A stretch of 64,000 nucleotides of DNA. Origin: Eledone cirrhosa (taxonomy: Eukaryota). Every line of letters begins with the position of its first letter. Within the stretch, counting starts at the first letter, position 1. The DNA lies in the NCBI GenBank assembly GCA_964016885.1, contig OZ024741.1, positions 256,618,001 through 256,682,000 of the forward strand. Direction: 5' to 3'. This document shows, piece after piece, positions 47,310 through 61,699 of the stretch. The notes below the pieces were generated by a model, which saw nothing but the letters and a program-made list of their open reading frames with translations, ran no database searches and was not told where the DNA came from. The position numbers and the translations under genes are program-made.

Positions 47310-50300
47310 TGTTCTGACTTACGAGTGTTCTGACTTACGAGTGTTCTGACATACGTGTGTTCTGACTTACGAGTGTTCCGATTTACGAGTGTTTCGACTT
47401 ATGAGTGTTTCGACTTACGAATGTTTTTGCTTACGGGTGTTTCGACTTACGAATGTTTTTGCTTACGAGTGTTTCGGCTTACGAGTGTTTCGACTTACGA
47501 AAATAACAAATAGACGTGGTTTCAAATCTCTATGCTTTTCAAATTCATTACATTAATCTTTATTTACACGTTTCGCTTTACTAGTGTTTCGACTTACGAG
47601 TGTTTCGACTTACGAGTGTTTCGACTTACGAGTGTTTCGACTTACGAGTGTTTCGACTTACGAGTGTTTTGACTTACGAGTGTTCTGACTTACGAGTGTT
47701 CTGACTTACGAGTGTTTCGACTTACGAGTGTTCTGACTTACGAGTGTTCTGACTTACGAGTGTTCCGACTTACGAGTGTTTCGACTTACGAGTGTTTCGA
47801 CTTACGAGTGTTTCGGCTTACGAGTGTTTTGACTTACGAATGTTCTGACTACGAGTGTTCTGACTTACGAGTGTTTCGGCTTATGAGTGTTTCGACTTAC
47901 GAGTGTTTCGGCTTATGAGTGTTTCGACTTACGAGTGTTTCGGCTTACGATTGTTTCAACTTACGAGTGTTTCGACTTACGAGTGTTTCGACATACGGGT
48001 GTTTCGACTTACGAGTGTTTCGACTACGAGTGTTTCGACTTACGAGTGTTTCGGCTTACGAGTGTTTCGACATACGGGTGTTTCGACTTACGGTGTTTCG
48101 GCTTACGAGTGTTTCGACTTACGAGTGTTCTGACTTACGAGTGTTCTGACTTACGAGTGTTCTGACTTACGAGTGTTCCGACTTACGAGTGTTTCGGCTT
48201 ACGAGTGTTTCGGCTTACGAGTGTTTCGGCTTACGAGTGTTTCGACTTACGAGTGTTTCGACTTACGAGTGTTTCGACTTACGAGTGTTTTGACTTACGG
48301 TGTTTCGGCTTACGAATGTTTCGACTTACGAGTGTTTTGACTTACTGGTGTTTTGACATACGAGTGTTTCGATACGAGTGTTTCGACTTACGAGTGTTCT
48401 GACTTACGAGTTTTCTGACTTACGAGTGTTCTGACTGACGAGTGTTCTAACTTACGAGTGTTCTGACTTACGAGTGTTCTGACTTACGAGTGTTCCGACT
48501 TACGAGTGTTTCGGCTCACCAGTGTTTCGGCTTACGAGTGTTTCGACACACGAAAATAACAAATAGACGCGGTTTCAAATCTCTATACTTTTCAAATTCA
48601 TTACATTAATCTTTATTTATACGTTTCGCTTTACGAGTGTTTCGACTTACGAGTGTTTCGACTTACGAGTGTTTCGGCTTACGATTGTTTTGACTTACGA
48701 GTGTTTTGACTTACGGGTGTTTCGGCCTACGAGTGTTTCAACTTACGAGTGTTCTGACTTACGAGTGCACTGACTTACGAGCGTTTCGTCTTACGAGTGT
48801 TTCGACTTAAGAGTGTTCTAACTTACGAGTGTTTCGACTTACGAGCGTTCCGACTTACGAGTGTTTCGGCTTATGAGTGTTTCGACTTACAAGTGTTTTG
48901 ACTTACGGGTGTTTTGACATACGAGTGTTTCGATACGAGTGTTCTGACTGACGAGTGTTTCCGCTTACGAGTGTTTCGGCTTACGAGTGTTTCGACTTAC
49001 TAATGTTTTTACTTACGAGTGTTTCGGTGTACGAGTGTTTCGACTTAAGGATGTTTCGACTTACGAGTGTTTCGACTTACGAGTGTTTCGACTTACGAGT
49101 GTTTCGACTTACGAGTGTTTTGGCTTACGAATGTTTTGATTTACGGGTGTTTCGACTTACGGGTGTTTCGGCTTACGAGTGTTTCGACTTATGAGTGTTC
49201 CGACTTACGAGTGTTTCGGCTTACGAGTGTTTTGACTTACGAATGTTCTGACTACGAGTGTTCTGACTTACGAGTGTTTCGACTTACGAGTGTTCTGACT
49301 TACGAGTGCACTGACTTACGAGCGTTTCGGCTTACGAGTGTTTCGACTTAAGAGTGTTCTGACTTACGAGTATTTCGACTTACGAGCGTTCCGACTTACG
49401 AGTGTTTCGGCTTACGAGTGTTCCGACTTACGAGTGTTTCGACTTACGAGTGTTCTGAATTACGAGTGTTCTGACTTACGAGTGTTCTGACTTACGAGTG
49501 TTCCGACTTACGAGTGTTTCGACTTACGAGTGTTTCGACTTACGAGTGTTTCGACTTACAAATGTTCCGACTTACGAGTGTTTCGACTTACGAGTGTTTC
49601 GACTTATGAGTGTTTCGACTTACGAGTGTTTCGACTTACAAATGTTCCGACTTACGAGTGTTCTGACTTACGAGTGTTCCGACTTATGAGTGTTTCGACT
49701 TACGAGTGTTTTGACTTACGAGTGTTCCGACTTACGAGTGTTTCGGCTTACGGGTGTTTCGACGTACGAGTATTTTTGGCTTACGAGTGTTTCGACTTAC
49801 GAGTGTTTTGAATTACGATTGTTTCGGCTTACAAGTGTTTCGACTTACGAGTATTTCGACTTACGAGTGTTTCGACTTACGAGTGTTCTGACTTACTAGT
49901 GTTCTGACTTATGAGTGTTCTGACTTACGAGTGTTCTGACTTACGAGTGTTCCGACTTACGAGTGTTTCGGCTTACGAGTGTTTCGACTTACGAGTGTTT
50001 CGACTTACGAGTGTTTCGACTTACGAATGTTTCGACTTACGAGTGTTTCGACTTACGGTGTTTCGGCTTACGAGTGTTTCGACTTACGAGTGTTTTGACT
50101 TACTGGTGTTTTGACATACGAGTGTTTCGATACGAGTGTTTCGACTTACGAGTGTTCTGACTTACGAGTGTTCTGACTTACGAGTGTTCTAACTTACGAG
50201 TGTTCTGACTTACGAGTGTTCTGACTTACGCGTGTTCCGACTTACGAGTGTTTAGGCTCACCAGTGTTTCGGCTTACGAGTGTTTCGACTTACGAAAATA

Positions 50301-53300
50301 ACAAATAGACGCGGTTTCAAATCTCTATGCTTTTCATATTCATTACATTAATCTTTATTTATACGTTTCGCCTTACGAGTGTTTCGACTTACGAGTGTTT
50401 CGACTTACGAGTGTTTCGGCTTACGATTGTTTTGACTTACGAGTGTTTTGACTTACGGGTGTTTCGGCTTACGAGTGTTCGACTTACGAGTGTTTTGACT
50501 TACGGGTGTTTTGACATACGAGTGTTTCGATACGAGTGTTCTGACTTACGAGTGTTCTGACTTACGAGTGTTCTGACATACGTGTGTTCTGACTTACGAG
50601 TGTTCCGATTTACGAGTGTTTCGGATTATGAGTGTTTCGACTTACGAATGTTTTTGCTTACGGGTGTTTCGACTTACGAATGTTTTTGCTTGCGAGTGTT
50701 TCGGCTTACGAGTGTTTCGACTTACGAAAATAACAAATAGACGAGGTTTCAAATCTCTATGCTTTTCAAATTCATTACATTAATCTTTATTTACACGTTT
50801 CGCTTTACGAGTGTTTCGACTTACGAGTGTTTCGACTTACGAGTGTTTCGGCTTACGATTGTTTTGACTTACGAGTGTTTTGACTTACGGGTGTTTCGGC
50901 CTACGAGTGTTTCGACTTACGAGTGTTCTGACTTACGAGTATTCTGACTTACGTGTGTTTCGGCTTACGAGTGTTTCGACTTACGAGTGTTCTGACTTAC
51001 GAGTGTTTCGACTTACGAGCGTTCCGACTTACGAGTGTTTCGGCTTACGAGTGTTCCGACTTACGAGCGTTTTGACTTACGAGTGTTTTGACTTACGGTG
51101 TTTCTGCTTACGAGTGTTTCGACTTACGAGTGTTAAGACTTACGGGTGTTTTGACATACGAGTGTTTCGACTTACGAGTGTTACGAGTGTTCTGACTTAC
51201 GAGTGTTTCGACTTACGAGTGCTCTAACCTACGAGTGTTCTGACTTACGAGTGTTTCGACTTACGAGTGTTTTGACTTACGGGTGTTTCGACTTACGAGT
51301 GTTTTGACTTACAAGTGTTAAGACTTACGGGTGTTTTGACATACGAGTGTTTCGATACGAGTGTTTCGACTACGAGTGTTTCGACTTACGAGTGTTTCGG
51401 CTTACGAGTGTTTCGACATACGGGTGTTTCGACTTACGGTGTTTCGGCTTACGAGTGTTTCGACTTACGAATGTTCTGACTTACGAGTGTTCTGACTTAC
51501 GAGTGTTCTGACTTACGAGTGTTCTGACTTACGAGTGTTCTGACTTACGAGTGTTCCGACTTACGAGTGTTTAGGCTCACCAGTGTTTCGGCTTACGAGT
51601 GTTTCGACTTATGAAAATAACAAATAGACGCGGTTTCAAATCTCTATACTTTTCAAATTCATTACATTAATCTTTATTTATACGTTTCGCTTTACGAGTG
51701 TTTCGACTTACGAGTGTTTCGACTTACGAGTGTTTCGGCTTACGATTGTTTTGACTTACGAGTGTTTTGACTTACGGGTGTTTCGGCCTACGAGTGTTTC
51801 GACTTACGAGTGTTCTGACTTACGAGTGTTCTGACTTACGAGTGTTTCGGCTTACGAGTGTTTCGACTTACGAGTGTTCTGACTTACGAGTGTTTCGACT
51901 TACGAGCGTTCCGACTTACGAGTGTTTCGGCTTACGAGTGTTCCGACTTACGAGTGTTTCGACTTACGAGTGTTTCGACTTACGAGCGTTTTGAATTACG
52001 AGTGTTTTGACTTACGGTGTTTCTGCTTACGAGTGTTTCGACTTACGAGTGTTAAAACTTACGGGTGTTTTGACATACGAGTGTTTCGACTTACGAGTGT
52101 TACGAGTGTTCTGACTTACGAGTGTTTCGACTTACGAGTGCTCTGACCTACGAGTGTTCTGACTTACGAGTGTTTCGACTTACGAGTGTTTTGACTTACG
52201 GGTGTTTCGACTTACGAGTGTTTCGACTTACGAGTGTTTCGAGTTACGGGTGTTTCGACTTACGAGTGTTTTGACTTACGAGTGTTAAGACTTACGGGTG
52301 TTTTGACATACGAGTGTTTCGATACGAGTGTTTCGACTTACGAGTGTTTTGACTTACGGGTGTTTTGACATACGAGTGTTTCGATACGAGTGTTTCGACT
52401 ACGAGTGTTTCGACTTACGAGTGTTTCGGCTTACGAGTGTTTCGACATACGGGTGTTTCGACTTACGGTGTTTCGGCTTACGAGTGTTTCGACTTACGAA
52501 TGTTCTGACTTACGAGTGTTCTGACTTACGAGTGTTCTGACTTACGAGTGTTCTGACTTACGATTGTTCCGACTTACGAGTGTTTCGGCTTACGAGTGTT
52601 TCGGCTTACGAGTGTTTCGACTTACGAGTGTTTCGATTTACGAGTGTTTCGACTTACGAGTGCTTTGACTTACGGTGTTTCGGCTTACGAGTGTTTCGAC
52701 TTACGAGTGTTTTGACATATGAGTGTTTCGATACGAGTGTTTCGACTTACGAGTGTTCTGACTTACGAGTGTTCTGACTTACGAGTGTTCTGACTTACGA
52801 GTGTTCTGACATACGTGTGTTCTGACTTACGAGTGTTCCGATTTACGAGTGTTTCGACTTATGAGTGTTTCGACTTACGAATGTTTTTGCTTACGGGTGT
52901 TTCGACTTACGAATGTTTTTGCTTACGAGTGTTTCGGCTTACGAGTGTTTCGACTTACGAAAATAACAAATAGACGTGGTTTCAAATCTCTATGCTTTTC
53001 AAATTCATTACATTAATCTTTATTTACACGTTTCGCTTTACTAGTGTTTCGACTTACGAGTGTTTCGACTTACGAGTGTTTCGACTTACGAGTGTTTCGA
53101 CTTACGAGTGTTTCGACTTACGAGTGTTTTGACTTACGAGTGTTCTGACTTACGAGTGTTCTGACTTACGAGTGTTTCGACTTACGAGTGTTCTGACTTA
53201 CGAGTGTTCTGACTTACGAGTGTTCCGACTTACGAGTGTTTCGACTTACGAGTGTTTCGACTTACGAGTGTTTCGGCTTACGAGTGTTTTGACTTACGAA

Positions 53301-56300
53301 TGTTCTGACTACGAGTGTTCTGACTTACGAGTGTTTCGGCTTATGAGTGTTTCGACTTACGAGTGTTTCGGCTTATGAGTGTTTCGACTTACGAGTGTTT
53401 CGGCTTACGATTGTTTCAACTTACGAGTGTTTCGACTTACGAGTGTTTCGACATACGGGTGTTTCGACTTACGAGTGTTTCGACTACGAGTGTTTCGACT
53501 TACGAGTGTTTCGGCTTACGAGTGTTTCGACATACGGGTGTTTCGACTTACGGTGTTTCGGCTTACGAGTGTTTCGACTTACGAGTGTTCTGACTTACGA
53601 GTGTTCTGACTTACGAGTGTTCTGACTTACGAGTGTTCCGACTTACGAGTGTTTCGGCTTACGAGTGTTTCGGCTTACGAGTGTTTCGGCTTACGAGTGT
53701 TTCGACTTACGAGTGTTTCGACTTACGAGTGTTTCGACTTACGAGTGTTTTGACTTACGGTGTTTCGGCTTACGAATGTTTCGACTTACGAGTGTTTTGA
53801 CTTACTGGTGTTTTGACATACGAGTGTTTCGATACGAGTGTTTCGACTTACGAGTGTTCTGACTTACGAGTTTTCTGACTTACGAGTGTTCTGACTGACG
53901 AGTGTTCTAACTTACGAGTGTTCTGACTTACGAGTGTTCTGACTTACGAGTGTTCCGACTTACGAGTGTTTCGGCTCACCAGTGTTTCGGCTTACGAGTG
54001 TTTCGACACACGAAAATAACAAATAGACGCGGTTTCAAATCTCTATACTTTTCAAATTCATTACATTAATCTTTATTTATACGTTTCGCTTTACGAGTGT
54101 TTCGACTTACGAGTGTTTCGACTTACGAGTGTTTCGGCTTACGATTGTTTTGACTTACGAGTGTTTTGACTTACGGGTGTTTCGGCCTACGAGTGTTTCA
54201 ACTTACGAGTGTTCTGACTTACGAGTGCACTGACTTACGAGCGTTTCGTCTTACGAGTGTTTCGACTTAAGAGTGTTCTAACTTACGAGTGTTTCGACTT
54301 ACGAGCGTTCCGACTTACGAGTGTTTCGGCTTATGAGTGTTTCGACTTACAAGTGTTTTGACTTACGGGTGTTTTGACATACGAGTGTTTCGATACGAGT
54401 GTTCTGACTGACGAGTGTTTCCGCTTACGAGTGTTTCGGCTTACGAGTGTTTCGACTTACTAATGTTTTTACTTACGAGTGTTTCGGTGTACGAGTGTTT
54501 CGACTTAAGGATGTTTCGACTTACGAGTGTTTCGACTTACGAGTGTTTCGACTTACGAGTGTTTCGACTTACGAGTGTTTTGGCTTACGAATGTTTTGAT
54601 TTACGGGTGTTTCGACTTACGGGTGTTTCGGCTTACGAGTGTTTCGACTTATGAGTGTTCCGACTTACGAGTGTTTCGGCTTACGAGTGTTTTGACTTAC
54701 GAATGTTCTGACTACGAGTGTTCTGACTTACGAGTGTTTCGACTTACGAGTGTTCTGACTTACGAGTGCACTGACTTACGAGCGTTTCGGCTTACGAGTG
54801 TTTCGACTTAAGAGTGTTCTGACTTACGAGTATTTCGACTTACGAGCGTTCCGACTTACGAGTGTTTCGGCTTACGAGTGTTCCGACTTACGAGTGTTTC
54901 GACTTACGAGTGTTCTGAATTACGAGTGTTCTGACTTACGAGTGTTCTGACTTACGAGTGTTCCGACTTACGAGTGTTTCGACTTACGAGTGTTTCGACT
55001 TACGAGTGTTTCGACTTACAAATGTTCCGACTTACGAGTGTTTCGACTTACGAGTGTTTCGACTTATGAGTGTTTCGACTTACGAGTGTTTCGACTTACA
55101 AATGTTCCGACTTACGAGTGTTCTGACTTACGAGTGTTCCGACTTATGAGTGTTTCGACTTACGAGTGTTTTGACTTACGAGTGTTCCGACTTACGAGTG
55201 TTTCGGCTTACGGGTGTTTCGACGTACGAGTATTTTTGGCTTACGAGTGTTTCGACTTACGAGTGTTTTGAATTACGATTGTTTCGGCTTACAAGTGTTT
55301 CGACTTACGAGTATTTCGACTTACGAGTGTTTCGACTTACGAGTGTTCTGACTTACTAGTGTTCTGACTTATGAGTGTTCTGACTTACGAGTGTTCTGAC
55401 TTACGAGTGTTCCGACTTACGAGTGTTTCGGCTTACGAGTGTTTCGACTTACGAGTGTTTCGACTTACGAGTGTTTCGACTTACGAATGTTTCGACTTAC
55501 GAGTGTTTCGACTTACGGTGTTTCGGCTTACGAGTGTTTCGACTTACGAGTGTTTTGACTTACTGGTGTTTTGACATACGAGTGTTTCGATACGAGTGTT
55601 TCGACTTACGAGTGTTCTGACTTACGAGTGTTCTGACTTACGAGTGTTCTAACTTACGAGTGTTCTGACTTACGAGTGTTCTGACTTACGCGTGTTCCGA
55701 CTTACGAGTGTTTAGGCTCACCAGTGTTTCGGCTTACGAGTGTTTCGACTTACGAAAATAACAAATAGACGCGGTTTCAAATCTCTATGCTTTTCATATT
55801 CATTACATTAATCTTTATTTATACGTTTCGCCTTACGAGTGTTTCGACTTACGAGTGTTTCGACTTACGAGTGTTTCGGCTTACGATTGTTTTGACTTAC
55901 GAGTGTTTTGACTTACGGGTGTTTCGGCTTACGAGTGTTCGACTTACGAGTGTTTTGACTTACGGGTGTTTTGACATACGAGTGTTTCGATACGAGTGTT
56001 CTGACTTACGAGTGTTCTGACTTACGAGTGTTCTGACATACGTGTGTTCTGACTTACGAGTGTTCCGATTTACGAGTGTTTCGGATTATGAGTGTTTCGA
56101 CTTACGAATGTTTTTGCTTACGGGTGTTTCGACTTACGAATGTTTTTGCTTGCGAGTGTTTCGGCTTACGAGTGTTTCGACTTACGAAAATAACAAATAG
56201 ACGAGGTTTCAAATCTCTATGCTTTTCAAATTCATTACATTAATCTTTATTTACACGTTTCGCTTTACGAGTGTTTCGACTTACGAGTGTTTCGACTTAC

Positions 56301-58250
56301 GAGTGTTTCGGCTTACGATTGTTTTGACTTACGAGTGTTTTGACTTACGGGTGTTTCGGCCTACGAGTGTTTCGACTTACGAGTGTTCTGACTTACGAGT
56401 ATTCTGACTTACGTGTGTTTCGGCTTACGAGTGTTTCGACTTACGAGTGTTCTGACTTACGAGTGTTTCGACTTACGAGCGTTCCGACTTACGAGTGTTT
56501 CGGCTTACGAGTGTTCCGACTTACGAGCGTTTTGACTTACGAGTGTTTTGACTTACGGTGTTTCTGCTTACGAGTGTTTCGACTTACGAGTGTTAAGACT
56601 TACGGGTGTTTTGACATACGAGTGTTTCGACTTACGAGTGTTACGAGTGTTCTGACTTACGAGTGTTTCGACTTACGAGTGCTCTAACCTACGAGTGTTC
56701 TGACTTACGAGTGTTTCGACTTACGAGTGTTTTGACTTACGGGTGTTTCGACTTACGAGTGTTTTGACTTACAAGTGTTAAGACTTACGGGTGTTTTGAC
56801 ATACGAGTGTTTCGATACGAGTGTTTCGACTACGAGTGTTTCGACTTACGAGTGTTTCGGCTTACGAGTGTTTCGACATACGGGTGTTTCGACTTACGGT
56901 GTTTCGGCTTACGAGTGTTTCGACTTACGAATGTTCTGACTTACGAGTGTTCTGACTTACGAGTGTTCTGACTTACGAGTGTTCTGACTTACGAGTGTTC
57001 TGACTTACGAGTGTTCCGACTTACGAGTGTTTAGGCTCACCAGTGTTTCGGCTTACGAGTGTTTCGACTTATGAAAATAACAAATAGACGCGGTTTCAAA
57101 TCTCTATACTTTTCAAATTCATTACATTAATCTTTATTTATACGTTTCGCTTTACGAGTGTTTCGACTTACGAGTGTTTCGACTTACGAGTGTTTCGGCT
57201 TACGATTGTTTTGACTTACGAGTGTTTTGACTTACGGGTGTTTCGGCCTACGAGTGTTTCGACTTACGAGTGTTCTGACTTACGAGTGTTCTGACTTACG
57301 AGTGTTTCGGCTTACGAGTGTTTCGACTTACGAGTGTTCTGACTTACGAGTGTTTCGACTTACGAGCGTTCCGACTTACGAGTGTTTCGGCTTACGAGTG
57401 TTCCGACTTACGAGTGTTTCGACTTACGAGTGTTTCGACTTACGAGCGTTTTGAATTACGAGTGTTTTGACTTACGGTGTTTCTGCTTACGAGTGTTTCG
57501 ACTTACGAGTGTTAAAACTTACGGGTGTTTTGACATACGAGTGTTTCGACTTACGAGTGTTACGAGTGTTCTGACTTACGAGTGTTTCGACTTACGAGTG
57601 CTCTGACCTACGAGTGTTCTGACTTACGAGTGTTTCGACTTACGAGTGTTTTGACTTACGGGTGTTTCGACTTACGAGTGTTTCGACTTACGAGTGTTTC
57701 GAGTTACGGGTGTTTCGACTTACGAGTGTTTTGACTTACGAGTGTTAAGACTTACGGGTGTTTTGACATACGAGTGTTTCGATACGAGTGTTTCGACTTA
57801 CGAGTGTTTTGACTTACGGGTGTTTTGACATACGAGTGTTTCGATACGAGTGTTTCGACTACGAGTGTTTCGACTTACGAGTGTTTCGGCTTACGAGTGT
57901 TTCGACATACGGGTGTTTCGACTTACGGTGTTTCGGCTTACGAGTGTTTCGACTTACGAATGTTCTGACTTACGAGTGTTCTGACTTACGAGTGTTCTGA
58001 CTTACGAGTGTTCTGACTTACGATTGTTCCGACTTACGAGTGTTTCGGCTTACGAGTGTTTCGGCTTACGAGTGTTTCGACTTACGAGTGTTTCGATTTA
58101 CGAGTGTTTCGACTTACGAGTGCTTTGACTTACGGTGTTTCGGCTTACGAGTGTTTCGACTTACGAGTGTTTTGACATATGAGTGTTTCGATACGAGTGT
58201 TTCGACTTACGAGTGTTCTGACTTACGAGTGTTCTGACTTACGAGTGTTC
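47310..58250 (+). repeat. Apparently perfect tandem duplication of a 5460-bp unit (junction ~52770)
   Basis: Pseudo-ORFs from 47712 to 52580 recur exactly 5460 bp later with identical translations. Spot-checked 60-base lines are identical (47341/52801, 48361/53821, 50461/55921, 51961/57421). Confidence 0.95.
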
Positions 58251-61200
58251 TAACTTACGAGTGTTCTGACTTACGAGTGTTCTGACTTACGAGTGTTCCG
58301 ACTTACGAGTGTTTCGGCTCACCAGTGTTTCGGCTTACGAGTGTTTCGACTTACGAAAATAACAAATAGACGCGGTTTCAAATCTCTATGCTTTTCATAT
58401 TCATTACATTAATCTTTATTTATACCTTTCGCCTTACGAGTGTTTCGACTTACGAGTGTTTCGACTTACGAGTGTTTCGGCTTATGATCGTTTTGACTTA
58501 CGAGTGTTTTGACTTACGGGTGTTTCGGCTTACGAGTGTTTCGACTTACGAGTGTTTTGACTTACGGGTGTTTTGACTTACGAGTGTTCTGACTTACGAG
58601 TGTTCCGACTTACGAGTGTTTCGACTTACGAGTGTTTTGACTTACGCGTGTTTCGACTTACGAGTGTTTCGACTTACTAGTGTTTCGACTTACAAATGTT
58701 CCGACTTACGAGTGTTTCGACTTACGAGTGTTTCGACTTATGAGTGTTTCGACTTACGAGTGTTCTGACTTACGCGTGTTTCGACTTACGAGTGTTTCGA
58801 CTTACGAGTGTTTCGACTTACAAATGTTCCGACGTACGAGTGTTTCTACTTACGAGTGTTTCGGCTTACGAGTGTTTCGACTTACGAAAATAACATATAG
58901 ACGCGGTTTCAAATATCTATGCTTTTGAAATTCATTACATTAATCTTTATTTATACGTTTCGCTTTACGAGTGTTTCGGCGTACGAGTGTTTCGACTTAC
59001 GAGTGTTTTAACTTACGGTTGTTTCGACTTACGCGTGTTTCGACTACGAATGTTCCGACTTACGAGTGTTTTGACTTACAAGTGTTCTGACTTACGAGTG
59101 TTCTGACTTACGAGTGTTCCGACTTACGCGTGTTTCGACTTACGAGTGTTTCGACTTACGAGTGTTTCGACTTACAAATGTTCCGACTTACGAGTGTTCT
59201 GACTTACGAGTGTTCCGACTTATGAGTGTTTCGACTCACGAGTGTTTTGACTTACGAGTGTTCCGACTTACGAGTGTTTCGGCTTACGGGTGTTTCGACG
59301 TACGAGTATTTTTGGCTTACGAGTGTTTCGACTTACGAGTGTTTTGAATTACGATTGTTTCGGCTTACAAGTGTTTCGACTTACGAGTATTTCGACTTAC
59401 GAGTGTTTCGACTTACGAGTGTTCTGACTTACTAGTGTTCTGACTTATGAGTGTTCTGACTTACGAGTGTTCTGACTTACGAGTGTTCCGACTTACGAGT
59501 GTTTCGGCTTACGAGTGTTTCGACTTACGAGTGTTTCGACTTACGAGTGTTTCGACTTACGGTGTTTCTGCTTACGAGTGTTTCGACTTACGAGTGTTAA
59601 AACTTACGGGTGTTTTGACATACGAGTGTTTCGACTTACGAGTGTTACGAGTGTTCTGACTTACGAGTGTTTCGACTTACGAGTGCTCTGACCTACGAGT
59701 GTTCTGACTTACGAGTGTTCCGACTTACGAGTGTTTCGACTTACGAGTGTTTTGACTTACGCGTGTTTCGACTTACGAGTGTTTCGACTTACGAGTGTTT
59801 CGACTTATGAGTGTTTCGACTTACGAGTGTTCTGACTTACGCGTGTTTCGACTTACGAGTGTTTTGACTTACGAGTGTTTCGACTTACAAATGTTCCGAC
59901 TTACGAGTGTTTCTACTTACGAGTGTTTCGGCTTACGAGTGTTTCGACTTACGAAAATAACATATAGACGCGGTTTCAAATATCTATGCTTTTGAAATTC
60001 ATTACATTAATCTTTATTTATACGTTTCGCTTTACGAGTGTTTCGGCGTACGAGTGTTTCGACCTACGAGTGTTTTAACTTACGGTTGTTTCGACTTACG
60101 CGTGTTTCGACTACGAATGTTCCGACTTACGAGTGTTTTGACTTACGAGTGTTCTGACTTACGAGTGTTCTGACTTACGAGTGTTCCGACTTACGAGTGT
60201 TTCGGCTTACGAGTGTTTCGGCTTACGAGTGTTTCGGCTTACGAGTGTTTCGACTTACGAGTGTTTCGACTTACGAGTGTTTCGACTTACGAGTGTTTTG
60301 ACTTACGGTGTGTTGGCTTACGAGTGTTTCGACTTACGAATGTTTTGACTTACTGGTGTTTTGACATACGAGTGTTTCGATACGAGTGTTTCGACTTACG
60401 AGTGTTCTGACTTACGAGTGTTCTGACTTACGAGTGTTCTGACTTACGAGTGTTCTAACTTACGAGTGTTCTGACTTACGAGTGTTCTGACTTACGAGTG
60501 TTCCGACTTACGAGTGTTTCGGCTCACCAGTGTTTCGGCTTACGTGTGTTTCGACTTACGAAAATAACAAATAGACGCGGTTTCAAATCTCTATACTTTT
60601 CAAATTCATTACATTAATCTTTATTTATACGTTTCGCTTTACGAGTGTTTCGACTTACGAGTGTTTCGACTTACGAGTGTTTCGGCTTACGATTGTTTTG
60701 ACTTACGAGTGTTTTGACTTACGGGTGTTTCGGCCTACGAGTGTTTCGACTTACGAGTGTTCTGACTTACGAGTATTCTGACTTATGTGTGTTTCGGCTT
60801 ACGAGTGTTTCGACTTACGAGTGTTCTGACTTACGAGTGTTTCGACTTACGAGCGTTCCGACTTACGAGTGTTTCGGCTTACGAGTGTTCCGACTTACGA
60901 GTGTTTCGACTTACGAGTGTTTCGACTTACGAGCGTTTTGACTTACGAGTGTTTTGACTTACGGTGTTTCTGCTTACGAGTGTTTCGACTTACGAGTGTT
61001 AAGACTTACGGGTGTTTTGACATACGAGTGTTTCGACTTACGAGTGTTACGAGTGTTCTGACTTACGAGTGTTTCGACTTACGAGTGCTCTAACCTACGA
61101 GTGTTCTGACTTACGAGTGTTTCGACTTACGAGTGTTTTGACTTACGGGTGTTTCGACTTACGAGTGTTTCGACTTACGAGTGTTTCGAGTTACGGGTGT

Positions 61201-61699
61201 TTCGACTTACGAGTGTTTTGACTTACAAGTGTTAAGACTTACGGGTGTTTTGACATACGAGTGTTTCGATACGAGTGTTTCGACTTACGAGTGTTTTGAC
61301 TTACGGGTGTTTTGACATACGAGTGTTTCGATACGAGTGTTTCGATTACGAGTGTTTCGACTTACGAGTGTTTCGGCTTACGAGTGTTTCGACATACGGG
61401 TGTTTCGACTTACGGTGTTTCGGCTTACGAGTGTTTCGACTTACGAATGTTCTGACTTACGAGTGTTCTGACTTACGAGTGTTCTGACTTACGAGTGTTC
61501 TGACTTACGAGTGTTCTGACTTACGAGTGTTCCGACTTACGAGTGTTTAGGCTCACCAGTGTTTCGGCTTACGAGTGTTTCGACTTACGAAAATAACAAA
61601 TAGACGCGGTTTCAAATCTCTATACTTTTCAAATTCATTACATTAATCTTTATTTATACGTTTCGCTTTACGAGTGTTTCGACTTACGGGCGTTCCGAC

